DNA of 64,000 bases from Balanoglossus misakiensis (lineage: Eukaryota > Animalia > Hemichordata), in the NCBI GenBank assembly GCA_040954595.2, contig CM082587.2, positions 9,367,403-9,431,402 of the forward strand. Direction: 5' to 3'. The first letter of the stretch is position 1, and the number at the start of each line of letters is the position of its first letter. The notes beneath the pieces were generated by a model. It had not been told where the DNA came from. It ran no database searches and saw only the letters and a program-made list of their open reading frames with translations. Positions 52,001-64,000 of this stretch are shown here, one piece after another. The position numbers and the translations under genes are program-made.

Positions 52001-55000
52001 AATGAAAAAAAGTGGCAGCTCTAGAGGCTTTAAAATATATGCATTGACATTTTATGAACCTACACACGTTTAGCCTGACTGGAAGAAGCCACTGACTTTG
52101 TAATGGACACCTTTAAATCATATTTCATTTTCCTATTAATACTTTTAACTATCATTTATTCCTTCAGTGGCTCTAGGAATCATATGTGCATGTATAACAG
52201 GAACTGTGGTTACTGTGGCAAAACACTTAAAAAAACTTTTTCTGTACATATGCAAAGTACTATCCCACTAAATCTCAGACACTGTTTTGATATTCAGTGT
52301 ATATGACTAACTATGTGAAACTGACTTGTTATTGTTCCCTCCAGTTTCCGGATGTCAATTATGGAGAAACAGATTGCCAATCTGGCTGACCTTGTACATA
52401 CAGCTTTGGTGAAACAACCACGAAGGCCTTCAGTTGATAATGTAAGCCTATTTTTCTTTGGAAACTTTCATTTCTGTAGTTTGTATGATGTTGAAGTTTA
52501 TCACACTATTGAGGAATTATACCATGTTAAAGGGACAAAGTCTCTCTCTCACTGCCCATTTTCCAATAATTATGTTTGATACAAGACACCGTTCATGTTA
52601 TTGTACATGTGTATATGTAGAGAATGAACGTTCAACCACACACAACTTCCACCCTGCTTATATGATATGAGTAAAAATTCGCCCAAAATGATAAATTGTA
52701 GAGAACGGTTATTCATTTTGGCGAGTTTTTTCACTCACTTGTCTACAAGCGGGATGGAAGATGTATGTGGTTGAATATTGATTCACTATATAACCACATG
52801 TAGAATAACATAAACGGTGTTTTGTATCAAACTTAATTAATGGAAAAAAGGGCAGCGAGAGAGAGACTTTGTCCCTTTAACCTTTTGTAACCTGACCTCT
52901 TTGTGATGTAAGATGAAATTCAGTTTTCTTTCAAGTTGAGTTTAAAAGGCTAAAGGCACGGTGGTACTAAGTACTTGAATGTCATCCCATTTCTTTGCTA
53001 ACCACACTATTGAAGCATTTGGATTGATTCCAAAATATCGTGGTGGATGGTTCAGGGGTGTATGTCCCATGAAGACTAGCAGTCAGTTATTTCATGATCT
53101 ATTTTCATTTATTTTCAGTCAAGCTGTTCCAGTCAGGAGGATTTGGTGAATCTTAGTGAGGAGATCCTACGAACAACCAAACGTAACAGTGTAGCACTTT
53201 CTGAAAGTTCCAGATCAACCAGAAGTGGTGAGTTGTTTCAAGATGACCGACTATTACAATTTTAGAACAGGCATTAAGTTCTGTCCACAATAACCTACCT
53301 GTCAGGTACTTGTCAACCAAATAGGCCAACATGCAACTTCTACCCACAGCGGTCTGCTACATGTGGCCAAATCTACCTAACCTGTAACCAACTCACAAAC
53401 ACAATGCTTTCCCAGACTGGAGTATTTGTTTACAGTTATTGAATTATACATACATGGTACAGTTTTGGGGTAATAACTCTAAGGCAATGTGTGCCAGGAA
53501 TTTCAACTCACAAAATAAAACCAACTGATGCAAAATCCGTCAAAATGATCTTTATCTGCCTGAACTCTGATCATTGCTCATGCACTAACTCGTTCTGTGA
53601 ACATAGTGTGGCTGATTTCTAAAGTGTATTCACGAATTTCACTCCAGTGATACACTTCACTCTCGCTGTATTTATGGTGTACACTTTATTTGTGTTTTTT
53701 TTAGAAGTCAAAGTCCTAGTGCAAGTTGTGTCAGCATAATTGCCCTGAAAGTAGATGGGTGTACAATGTAATGGGTTGGCAGCTTAATGTGGCTGTGATG
53801 GCTTAGTGACCTTACACATGCCATAATACAGCCCCACATCAATGTAGTATATCCAGTATATCAGTACATGTGCACAATATATTTGGTTACACGTAATTAC
53901 ATCTACGTATCATGGCAGCAAGTGGTGTTCACATAATTTTGCGGTTTAATTGTGCATCTAATTCTTGAATAAAAAATATTTAAAAACAATGGAAAATTCA
54001 AATTTAGTTTCATGTAAATTTTTGTGTGATGAGCATTCTCTAAGATCATCACCCATGCCATAAGTTTTATGACTGTTGTAGAAATATATTTGAGTGATGT
54101 CTTTGTCTGGGCTACCACTGAAAATGTAGAGTGGGAATAAAACAGTTGTGTTCATTTGGAAAACAGCAAATACTGCCTGTTTTGGCGCATACTGCAGAAA
54201 TTATTCAGACAACATGTATGCTTGCTACGTCACAATTGCTCTTTCAGATATTGATATCCCAAGTTAAGAGAAAATCTCAAGAAAATGTGAATAAAAATGT
54301 TACATGTTATCATAATTACATGTACCGTACATTTAGAAGTGTCATTACCAAATATCTTGTTTACACACATGCGACATACGTTTATCACATGAAAAAGACA
54401 TGCGTATTGTTTGAACGTTATTACATGTAACTAAACCTCTCCACTTAAAGGGACAAAGTCTCTCTCTCACTGCCCATTTTCCAATAATTATGTTTGATAC
54501 AAGACACCATTCATGTTATTGTACATGTGTATATAATGAATGACCGTTCGACCACACACAACTTCCACCCTGCTTGTATGATATGAGTAAAAATTCACCC
54601 AAAATGATAAATGGTAAAGACCGATTATTCATTTTGGCGAGTTTTTTCACTCTCGTGTCTACAAGCGGGATGGAAGGTGTGTGTGGTTGAACATTGATTC
54701 ACTATGTATCCACATGTACATTAACATAAACAGTGTCTTGTATCAAACATATTGATGGAAAAAGGGCAGTGAGAGAGAGAGACTTAGTCTCTTTAATATG
54801 TTACAAAACTTTATCATCTAACACAGGTGCATGTTTTCTCTTTTTTTAAAAACACTGACTCTGCCTGCCTTATTGACCCACTGATGGACTTTCTCTGTGC
54901 ACTTAACAATATTTGCATGTTATTTGGGGTGGATATCAGGAGTTGTATCTGAATCTACTGTGAAAGGTAAGACTTTGGTCTCTTACAACTGGTGTCATCT

Positions 55001-58000
55001 TGCTCTGTGCTTATCATGAAATTATTTACATCTAATCAACCCTTTCACATAATTTAAAGGGGAAATCTGGTCCAGCTGATTTCTACATAATTTGGTACCT
55101 TCTAGGTCACTCTTTCTGAAAAAAACACACATTTTTATCATGTATATTCGCGCGATTGTTTACAAAATCGAGGGAAGTTGGCAGAATTTCCAATATGGCG
55201 TTTACTGTAATTTGAATCATGGGAAAAATGCACCAGTACCACAGTGGTTCCGGTAGATTTTTTTCCTATGCGTACTTCAATAAGCATTCAGAATTAACTT
55301 TGCATAAAATGTATCAAAATTGCTTAGGCAGTTGAAAGCCTGTAATAGAACACCACTGTACATTGTTACAAAGTTTAATGTGTCATGTTGCCTGAGTGAA
55401 AATTGCAACATTTCTGTGCGTAAATGTTGCAAAGTTACGTGGGCATCCAGTTATATTTAGCTTGTAAACCTTGCCTAATACAATTTCTTTATCTCTAGTT
55501 GCTAGAGTCAATGCGTCCTGGTGTACGCGTCCGTCATTATCTTTGCGTAATTATGGTCAGAAAAGCGTGAAATACGCAGGATTTTGCGTTAACGGAACCA
55601 CTGGTACCAACTTCCGCCCAACTTGGTGTGGGTGATACCATTTTCCAATTGGTGTCACTGGGCGAAAGACTAGGCATATTTGAATCGATATTGTTTGTAC
55701 TTTGCCTCAGTTGATAAACAATCAGAAGCAAAGTCGAAAATTTGTTATCTGTTGACAGTTTTAACGAGCTATAAAAACACATGAAAAATATGCAAATACC
55801 CCTAGTCTGTCGTCCAGTGACACCAATTGGAAAATGGTATCACCCACACAAAGGTGGGCGGAAGTTGGTCCTGGTGCTTTTTTCCCATGATTCAAATTAT
55901 GGTAAACGCCATATTGGAAATTCTGCCAACTTTCCCTTGATTTTGTAAAAAATCGCGCGACTTATACGAGGCGAATGTTTTTTTTTTCTGAAAGAGTGAC
56001 CTCAAAGCTACCAAATCATGTAGACATCAGCTGGACCGGACTTCCCCTTTAATAAATTGAAAGTTTCTAATCTACTTAGGTGTCAGACTTGTAATTGTCT
56101 CCATGGTTTATGACCAATAATGATAGTACATACAGAAAACAGTGCAGACCTTGAGTGATAATGAAAAGAACATCTTGAAATGTATTCGAAATTTGCAACG
56201 TTGTGACTGGATGTGATGAAGTAATTTTTCTTGAAATGCAAAGAGTAGCAACGCCTTCGGTGCATGAGTACTTCTCGATGATTTTGACATTATTACCACT
56301 TAAGGATGTACGTGCAGAACATAAACCGGAAAACTGCGCGCACTCATCTTTTTCCCATAGGATTACATTGATAATCACTAGAAAACAAACTTCTACTATT
56401 GTCATTTTCAAGAAATTTTACACATAGCTCAGTCCAGTAAATATAAATTCATTAGTCAATAAAATCTTGTGGTTACCATGCTCTATTTTGAGATAAATTT
56501 TGTTGAAATATTTGCCCATAGACAAACCATTGGTGAAAACTGCTGAGTCAGCAGTTTTCTTCTATAATCGACTAAATTCATCATGGCTCTGTATTTCGAA
56601 AACAAGCGCGGTGACCCTATATTTTATCACATCTTTTCAATATACATACACAGGATAATCTAAAAATCAACAATTAAAAGAAAAGGCAATACTTTCAATT
56701 TTGGCGAACGTACAACCTTAAAGGGACAAAGTCTCTCCCTCGCTGCCCTTTTTCCATTAATTATGTTTGATATAAGACACCGTTTATGTTAATGTACATG
56801 TGTATATAAAGTGAATCAACGTTCGACCTAACACAACTTCCATCCCATTTGTAGGATATCATTATGAGAGTAAAAATGTCGCCGAAATGAATAAACGGTA
56901 AACACTGATTATTCATTCTGGTAAATTTTTCACTCTCGTGTCTACAAGTGGGATGGAAGGTGTGTGTGGGCGAATGTTGATTCACTATATATCCACATGT
57001 AGAATGACATAAATAGTGTCTTGTATCTAACATAATTAATGGAAAAAGGGTAGCGAGAGAGAGAATTTGTCCTCTTCTCAATTCATTGATGACCTGCTTG
57101 CCAGTACACATATTGACTTCTGTGCCGAAATGCAGCTGTACCATGCAGGATGTGGATATGCTAATTCTCTCACGGACAGCTGAGTGAGCGTAATTCAATA
57201 AAATGACCTACACCAGCCAGAACTTGGATTATTTCTGGTCCCAAAACTCCTTTCGTGAAAAAATCTCTGGTCCGTTTATGTATTTTAGCCTATTTTCCAA
57301 GGAGTGCTGAAAATTCTCTCTCTGGCTGCGAACTTTGACCCCCACCCACTACCGTTGTGTGAACCTGGAGTGCTGGTGTAGGTCGTTTTATTGAATTATG
57401 CTCACCTTGCTTTCTTTTGCCCTTCAAATGGTCTTACTGATTTTGCTTCAAGTTTAGTTACTGAAACTGCTTGTTTTGTTTAAGAGTTGGCGCGCAGTTG
57501 TCCGTGAGAGAATAAGCATATCCACCCACACTCTGCACGGTAGAGCTGCATTTCCACAGCTTATACTGACCTTGCCCTGACTGCAGTCAATCGTCTTCTT
57601 TTATAAACCAAAGATGCCATTTCGAACAAAACATGAAAAAACGGGCCAAAGTGAGCATTAATGAGGTTTTAAGTAGACCAGCAGTAATTATTATATATAT
57701 CAAAGTTTTACAATACCCCATCACATTTTGATTTGTTTTGGCCTAAAGATGAAAGTTCAACAACTCCACAAGCATACTCGCCTGTAAGAAATGTAGAAAT
57801 AATTTACACAGCGCAGAACATGAAGAAAACTTGTCGATATTTACGGGAAGACTTGAAACAGATCAGAAGACTGCATCTGCAGCAGGTATGTGGACGTTTC
57901 TAACCCATGTGAATGCAGCATAAAGATATTTAATTCATAAATATAAAATATACGCCTTTGGAATCTTCTTAAACCGTCCAAAGTTTTCATTTTTGGAACC

Positions 58001-61000
58001 ACCTTGTAGATTTTAGGAAGCCTTTCTAAACATTCTTTTGTCAAAGATATCAATCATTAGTGTTTTCATAGCTAATCTAATACTATATGTCAAAGACACC
58101 GTACTGCCATTTGATGAGAATTGTATAATTATTCATCTGTGCCAAATATATTTCATCAATGATATTTTGGTCTCTGCCTGATTTATTTCAATGCAGATTC
58201 AATCCCCCAAGAGTGGCTTAGCATTATTAATATGCTTACAACATATGTATGGCATAAAAGATGAATAAATCTGATAGATAAGATCAAAGTGACCCTGCAA
58301 AGCAAAATGCAAAGTAACTGAAAGTCAGTTTCTGCAATGTGGACTACTGTATACCGTTTTATTCTTGTGAACACATATTTTTGAGATTTTGCAACAAAGT
58401 AGCATTCTGCAGCGTTTTAAGTTTGCGTTGACAGGAAATCTAACAAATTGAGTAAACAGGAAACAATGATGACTGACTGGCTACGCGCCTCAAAAACTGT
58501 GATGTTTTCATATTTTTTACACACCAGCGACAACCAGTAGCAAGAGAGACATGCTTAATCGATGCTGGTATGATAGCCTGTGTATCGATGTTTAAAAATA
58601 ATTGGAAGGAAATTTTGAAGTTGGCAGAAATTTAGAGCAAACTCTCATCTACAGCCCGGCCTGCATCTACGAGGTGATAGGCGCAGCAGTTTTCAAGTTT
58701 TTGATGTGGATGTACATACAGACATACATACATCCATAATACAGATGCAATGGATTCCATAAGGTCCCATGGTATATATGCACATACCAAATGGAACCTA
58801 AAAAAACTGCAGATGAAATGGATTATATTTTCTGTAAAGTTTACCAAGACTTGGTAGAAGAATTAACTAATTTACTCATCCAAAGCTATTCACGCTAGTA
58901 TGAACTACACATATTCCTTTCTGACGGATTATGTAGGATTTGTGACTTATAATATAATTTTCCTTCACTATTATTTTGTATTATGTTCATTGGTTTTAGA
59001 CACAGCAATCAAGAGATATGTTGCGTGAGGCATTTCAGAGTTTACAGTTTGTACTGCAGTCTAATCCTGAACTTAATCAACACCCAGTACGTGCTCACCG
59101 ATCTAAACTTCATCAAGAGTTCTTACAGTATGTCCATCAGAATGAAAACATTGAAACCAATTTGAGGTAAGTTAAAGTAGCTCCAGTTCTTTAACTGTGC
59201 ATTCTGATATGTTTTCTGAGATGTTTATCTGGATTCATGATGTGTACATTTTTATTGGTTCTCTTTTATATTACAGGGGTTTAGAAGTGAAAGTGGAGGA
59301 AATGAGAGATAATGTTATCAACAGACATTACCAAATTGATGCACATAGTGTGGAATCTTTAGCACAGTTGTTGGGACATGTTAGCAAAATGTTAGCAGAG
59401 CAGAAAGGTAAGTGATCTGTTCCACCGTTGGCATCCTGTATCTCGTACATGTGTGTGTTTGTGTGTACATGCATGCATGCATGCATGCATGCATGTATGT
59501 GTGTGTATGTGGTATGTGCGCGTGTGCATACATGCCTGGGTTGGTTGGCTGGTTGATGGATGCATGCAGGCATACATGTACATACAGGGGAACCCTGATA
59601 AGAGGAACTCAGTAACAATGACAACCTGCTTGAAGTGATAATCCCAAAGTGGTACCATAGTTTTTGCACAAAATATGCCATTGCTTTTTAGTTTCTGTTT
59701 CCGGATCGGGGAGCTATAGAGTCAGCTCTGTTTGTCCGTGTGTCCCTCCATCTCAGAGTTTCCTCGACTAATTTGTACCAAATTAGCTTGATGATAGCAT
59801 AACTAGTGAGACCCACACCGACAAATGCAAACAGAGTGATAATTGCTCTTTAAGGATGCCACCATGGTGACTCTGGAGGAGTTTTGGGTGTGCATGCACA
59901 GCAGTGTAGTTATGTTGGATTTTGTGTATCTTAATTTCAAAGCTTGAGTTCCTGTCTGGCTAAGAATTCATTTTTTATGTGTTACTATATAGAACATACA
60001 TTTGTGAGCTGGACTCGATGTGTGTACTATGCGATTCAATATCAATTACCACCTAATTATATAAGAAAGACGATGACAAAATGCATAACTGTGGCTTTAA
60101 CTCTGAAAAGAATTACCAAATGAGTATAGAATACAGGTGACTACATTTTCAAATCAACTTCATATAATGAAATTTATGTTTGGGTAATGCCACGGAAACT
60201 TATCAATCAACCCTACTTTTGTAGATCACCTTTCTAGGGCAAAATACAGTGTGTGTGTATATTAATTAATGAACACATTCTTTCAGCCTATAGTAAGATT
60301 TTAAGTTTATAACATTTCAACAGTACATTATCGTTCAGATTTTAAATAGTTTCCATTTGATAACATTACAGTATCATTTCCAATATTGCATGACAACATG
60401 AAGAAAGTTATGGATGGTGAAATGGAAGTTGTTGTACAGGAGGAAAGGTAAGATACACATGTACTGTTATGATTTTCATAAACTCTGTCGCTACCATTTT
60501 ACACACTTGATACAGTGCTTGTTGGAATCACTGGCACGCACCTGAAATTTCCCAATTGTGCTTCTATTGGATTATTAAGCAATAACCCCCGCCACAGGCG
60601 GGTATACGCAAGATTTGGGTACAATTCGAGACATATAGCACGAGCCGTCAGGCGAGTGCTATATGGAGCGAATTGTACCCAAATCGAGTGTTTACCCGAC
60701 TGAGGCGGGGGTTATTGCTATTATATTATATCAACAATTGTTTTTGTGGCATATCAGTGTCATTTTCTTACCGAAACGGCGTCAGAAAGAGAAATTACGA
60801 TCTTGAACCAACATAGCGACGATGAATGTAAACACGAGCGGCCGGGATCGAGCATTAAACATTGAAGGAGACGACAAAAAGTGACAAGACGGGCATCGCG
60901 CGTGGCAAAGTGACAAATATTTCCACAGAGCAGTTCCAAAATAAAACGTCCGTTAATTCAACAGTATTTTTTTTTTATTTATTTGGTTTAAACACGCGCG

Positions 61001-64000
61001 ACTGTGGTTTAACCGCACATTTTTGCTGCAGTATGCTAGTTCACGGGCCCGTTTTAGCAGTGCATTATTGAGTATTTTAGCATCGCTGGATTGAGCTCTC
61101 GTCCAATCAGAATTGCGGACGGTAGCATGATATAATATAATACGTGTTATAAAATGCATATTGACTGGCAGTATTCAGGTAACAGCATACATCTGTGTCC
61201 CCAAAACTGCCTGTTTCTCTCTGCCTTCCAGCTCTGGAATCAAGCTGTTTTGGGGCGACTCACAGTCTGTCATGGTGTTACCCTCATGGTCCGTCAATAA
61301 ACTGTTTTCTGTATGTTTAATAGCTGGTGAAACAAATGGATCATAAAACAATGTTTTTTTTTACATATATAGCGGGTTCAGACGGGACATTTTACAGCAG
61401 TCTAGTGGGGGCGACTTAGTTTGGTCCCAGCAGGGGTTCAGGGCCAACCTAGAATCTAGGCCGATGCAAATTCCTGTGTGTGGATGCGTTATACTGGCCT
61501 AGTTAATGCCTTCACATGTTCATATGTGGTAAGGTAGCGTGTGAAATGGCGCTTTCTGGGTAAATAAAGTATGGTGCCCCAAGTTCAGGTACCAGTAAGC
61601 CCAAAGCTCCTCCCCAAAGGGCAGTTACTTTATGTCGCCCTAGATTTCAGTTGAGTCGTCCAATGTGAACAGTGTTATACACCCAGACCCAGTAGGGATC
61701 ACCGAATCACGCAAACCAGCTTACTTTGATTATTAGAAACTTGAGGGGTGTGTCGTAATTTTACCAGTTGAATATTAACAAAGCATCCCTTTTCAGGTAC
61801 ACACATAGACTGTAAGGTACAGTCATTTGAGGGCGCTCCATACCCCCCCTCCCCCTGAAAGAATGACCAAGGCAGTGTGATCTTTTAGTCAGCGGCATCA
61901 AAGAAATAAAGCCCCACCCGTAGATGTCAAAATTCTAGTGTTGTATGCAGACTTCCCCACTGATTATTCGAATCCTAATCTTGATCAAACAAGTCAGGGC
62001 TGCCATTTCGGCTTGTACTAACAGTAGACGGCCATGCACATGTTTAATTGGTGCAATGTGATTGGTTCTAACAACAAAACGGTTGGTTCCTACAAAAATG
62101 GATGGAGCCTGATAATCTAGATATAGAAGGACACACTGCCTACAGTCTTTCTGGGTGGAGGTACGCTCTGTACCTCGAATGACATACCTTGTTTTATTTT
62201 TGGACTAGATGTAACTTTCATGTTAGCATGGCAATGAGCTATTAGTAAACATGCTACCTTTATATTAGGTTATTGCAAGTTTAGTCATTATTTGTCATGA
62301 CATAAAATTTCTACTTTCCATGTTGTCTACAGAATCTTCATTACAATTTTCACAGTTACACTGAACTTTTGGCATTAATATTTTCTCTGTTTATGAAAGT
62401 GAAACTTGCCTAAGTAGGAATTTACTATGCCATTTATTGAAATTTGCAGATTTATTAAAGAAGAACCTATTCGGCTGGATTCATCTTTGAAGAGATGCAA
62501 GAAATTAACAGGCACATTGTTTACACTGAAACGGTAAGACAGACTTAATTCTATATAACTTATGCACTGGTTTATAACATTGGTATCTGTTTTAAGAATT
62601 ATGTTTTAATAGTTCAAATATGTTTGAGTAGTCAGTACTGAAAACAGCTTGGATGTTGGGATACCTATTGCTGTATTCAATTCAAATAGAAAAAATAGCG
62701 TCAAGAACTGTGGTCCCATTTGGGGATTATACAGAAATAGGTGACATTGGCAAGCAGATATGACATAACTAGATAAAAAATATGAAAATGTAAAAAAATT
62801 AACTATGCCCAATCAAGTGTCATGTATCATAGCAATCTTACAAGCAATGCTAAAAAAACTGCTTTTTATAAAAAATAGTAAATTCACACTATTGGCTCAA
62901 AACATACAAAACTGTGTGAGGTTAACATAAGATACATGCCTACCAAATTTTCAAAACAATCTGACCTGTAGTTGTTGAGTTTCTGAGTTTTGACCAATTT
63001 CACATTTTTCCAGCTAATTTGCATATTTCTGGTAATAACAACTTCATTTGAACAAACTCCCATCTCCATCCCAGCTTGCATCTGCACACCAAATATCAAG
63101 GTGATATGCCAAGCTGTTTTAAGTTTTTGATGTGGGTGGACATCATCCATACATACAGATGCAAATGATTCCATAAGGTCCCATGGTATATATATACATG
63201 TACATACCAAAATGGACCTTAAAATCATTATGATTTAAAATTATTGAATGTAAGGAAATTCACCTTTGCAATTGGGTGAATAAAATGGTTCTTTGATAAG
63301 GTACATTTTCTGGTGGTGCTATATCCACTTTTGTGTGTTGTATAGTATAACTTGAAGGAAAATTCATCCATTTTGATTTATTTGGTAAGGAAAACTTTAT
63401 ATCTTGAAAGTATTTTTTTTTAATTTCAAGGCAGCCTCTGTGGATATTCTTCTGGGTCTGGCAATGTTAGGGGTTGCTTTGACAGATAATCCTCTTGCTT
63501 GTGAAGTGATGCTTCAGAGTCTTGACAGAGAAGATTGCAGTATATTATCGATTACAACTAAAGCTAAAAGTGGCAGCTGTTGGGGCTTGAAGTGGTGATG
63601 AGAATCGTCTTGCAAACTTCCTTGTGGAGTTTTGCCAGAACTATGTGCAGAAGTGTGATGGGGTTGGGGGCAGGGGGGGGGGGGGGTTGGGTGGGAATGT
63701 ATTTGTGAATAACCCTATCCACTGGCAGTGTGTTTCGAACTTCCTCTGATGAATCTGCCGTGCTAGAGTTGCAAATATCAGAAGTTCAGTTGTGACAATG
63801 TGTAACTTTTTATCTTCCCAGGTTGAGCTCTGTGCAGGAGTATCATTCACCAACCCACCTAGCATCACCAAGTGAACAGAAAAACCTCACACCAACAAAA
63901 CAACCTGAGCAGGAAAAACCAACACTGGCAACACCAAGAGTCCTGCAATATCACACATCAGCAACATCTGCTTTTGAGAAGAGACCGAAACTAAACCATG
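36946..64000 (+). CDS. SRCIN1: SRCIN1/KIAA1217 (sickle tail, AIP3-domain, CG32809-like) protein, 3'-incomplete. Exons 36946-37180, 41251-41612, 43702-43846, 47219-47417, 49093-49466, 50607-50985, 52345-52441, 53119-53227, [54940-54966], 57749-57885, 59000-59166, 59277-59407, 60372-60447, 62450-62533, 63822->64000.
   Basis: RRHTI, RSSLPVVR...RPLG, LIYLQY...MPNEITGIDTVRALFVRAFP...IYIRD...FYELEDIRDIKDR, MEKQIANLADLV, EMEVVVQEERFIKEEP...RCKKLTGTLFTLKRLSSVQE. All listed junctions are GT-AG and phase-consistent. Putative 5' UTR exon donor at 36286. Confidence 0.88.
38050..39830 (+). mobile_element. Decayed Ty3/Gypsy pol remnant (RT, RNase H, integrase) in the first coding intron
   Basis: TNAPPTFQRFM, YLDDVIIFS, YYRKFVKDF, HTDASHSAVGVVLSQ, TDHKPL, GHMGVKRT...RFYWPGM, RPFEMVAADL in Gypsy order. 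Many stops and frameshifts; no LTRs seen. Confidence 0.88.
42164..43613 (+). mobile_element. Helentron-associated (HINE/DINE-1-like) non-autonomous element
   Basis: Begins in a T-run (tttttaggt), then GTAT/GTCC microsatellite and core cacatcaaaaacttgaaaaccactgcgtgtatcaccttgatatttggtgtg. Ends gaccacagtgtccttga before a T-run. The class is an inference. Confidence 0.6.
44098..44706. mobile_element. TTAA-flanked foldback element (Kolobok-like), family C
   Basis: TTAA|AGGGGAAATCCGT...ACGGATTTCCCCT|TTAA with inverted arms over 200 bp. Second copy at 55058-56048. Confidence 0.8.
47844..48369. mobile_element. PIF/Harbinger-like MITE
   Basis: TAA|GGGTGACG...tttctcatctcc...ggagatgagaaa...CGTCACCC|TAA; 3-bp TAA TSD. 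Confidence 0.7.
48443..49036 (+). mobile_element. HINE-like element, second copy
   Basis: aggtcccattggtatataccatgggacct hairpin, (GTAT/GGAT)n, the same core, and a gaccaccgtgtccttga 3' end. Confidence 0.65.
49835..49975. repeat. Short foldback palindrome, likely a non-autonomous DNA element
   Basis: aggttattacgaaaataccgcaaagtatgcac...gtgcatactttgcggtattttcgtaataacct. Confidence 0.7.
50273..50580 (-). mobile_element. tRNA-derived CORE-type SINE with L2-like tail
   Basis: On the minus strand: B-box-like GGGTTTCAAGCC, CORE-like GTGTCCTTGATCAAGGCTCTTTAC, CACCCAGGAGTAATTGGTACCTGG, and tail TGTAAAGTGCATTGAGA...(TAT)n. Confidence 0.7.
51269..51475. mobile_element. MITE family A
   Basis: TA|CTGTAAAATACTTTATTTTCGCGAG...GCGAAAATAAAGTGTTTTACAG|TA. 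Confidence 0.8.
52531..52876. mobile_element. TTAA-flanked foldback MITE (Kolobok-like), family B
   Basis: TTAA|AGGGACAAAGTCTCTCTCTC...GAGAGAGAGACTTTGTCCCT|TTAA; the whole element is an imperfect palindrome. Confidence 0.85.
54449..54792. mobile_element. Family B MITE, copy 2
   Basis: Highly similar to 52531-52876; TTAA on both sides. Confidence 0.85.
55058..56048. mobile_element. Family C foldback element with a nested insertion
   Basis: TTAA|AGGGGAAATCTGGTCCAGCTGAT...ATCAGCTGGACCGGACTTCCCCT|TTAA; colinear with 44098-44706 apart from the insert. Confidence 0.8.
55242..55603. mobile_element. Nested 362-bp hAT-like element with 6-bp TSD
   Basis: GTACCA|CAGTGGTTCCG...CGGAACCACTG|GTACCA; absent from the 44098 copy. 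Confidence 0.8.
56722..57074. mobile_element. Family B MITE, copy 3
   Basis: TTAA|AGGGACAAAGTCTCTCCCTC...GAGAGAGAGAATTTGTCC; right end eroded. Confidence 0.8.
57120..57558. repeat. Foldback element with two nested inverted-repeat pairs
   Basis: Outer pair gaaatgcagctgtacc...tctctcacggaca / tgtccgtgagaga...agctgcatttc. Inner pair aattcaataaaatgacctacaccagc / gctggtgtaggtcgttttattgaatt. Confidence 0.65.
58633..58806 (-). mobile_element. HINE-like element fragment
   Basis: Reverse complement of the 5' core of the 48443 copy. Confidence 0.65.
59450..59585. repeat. (GCAT)n / (GT)n low-complexity repeat
   Basis: Tandem atgc and gtgt runs. Confidence 0.85.
60574..61141. mobile_element. CpG-rich insertion with a large left-end palindrome, unclassified DNA element
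   Basis: agcaataacccccgcc...gggtacaattcg / cgaattgtaccc...ggcgggggttattgct. attatattatatca near 60720 is mirrored by tgatataatataat near 61130. Confidence 0.6.
62860..63223 (-). mobile_element. HINE-like element fragment
   Basis: Reverse complement of about 42170-42530 and 48443-48740. Confidence 0.65.

Noticed and set aside
53705-53760. Possible exon after a strong T-rich acceptor
   Set aside because: It reaches TAA in the phase-1 frame required by the upstream exon and has no convincing donor.
63431-63598. Possible extra exon before 63822
   Set aside because: In the required phase it stops after about 13 codons, whereas 62533->63822 restores the conserved TLKRLSSVQE.

Overview
AT-rich, intron-rich animal genomic DNA. 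It is probably a marine invertebrate bilaterian; a deuterostome such as a hemichordate is a guess from gene and repeat content. I rebuilt exon chains by hand from GT-AG sites and reading-frame continuity. In order: the 5' part of a FAM78-family gene (-); a complete 10-exon DNAAF3 (+, about 468 aa) with an RFX X-box in its promoter; two decayed LINEs, one internally inverted and carrying a 31-bp minisatellite; a tandem cluster of three TRAF2-like paralogs (-); and the 5' part of an SRCIN1/KIAA1217 (AIP3-domain) gene (+) whose introns hold a Gypsy remnant, several MITE families, Helentron-like elements and a CORE-SINE. Most interesting is the TRAF cluster. Two copies are full-length RING-ZnF-coiled coil-MATH genes. 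The third has no coiled-coil/MATH exon and may end in a hydrophobic tail. Intron phases match across all three, so cross-paralog splicing would stay in frame, and NF-kB and IRF motifs surround the cluster. No CRISPR, rRNA or tRNA genes were found.
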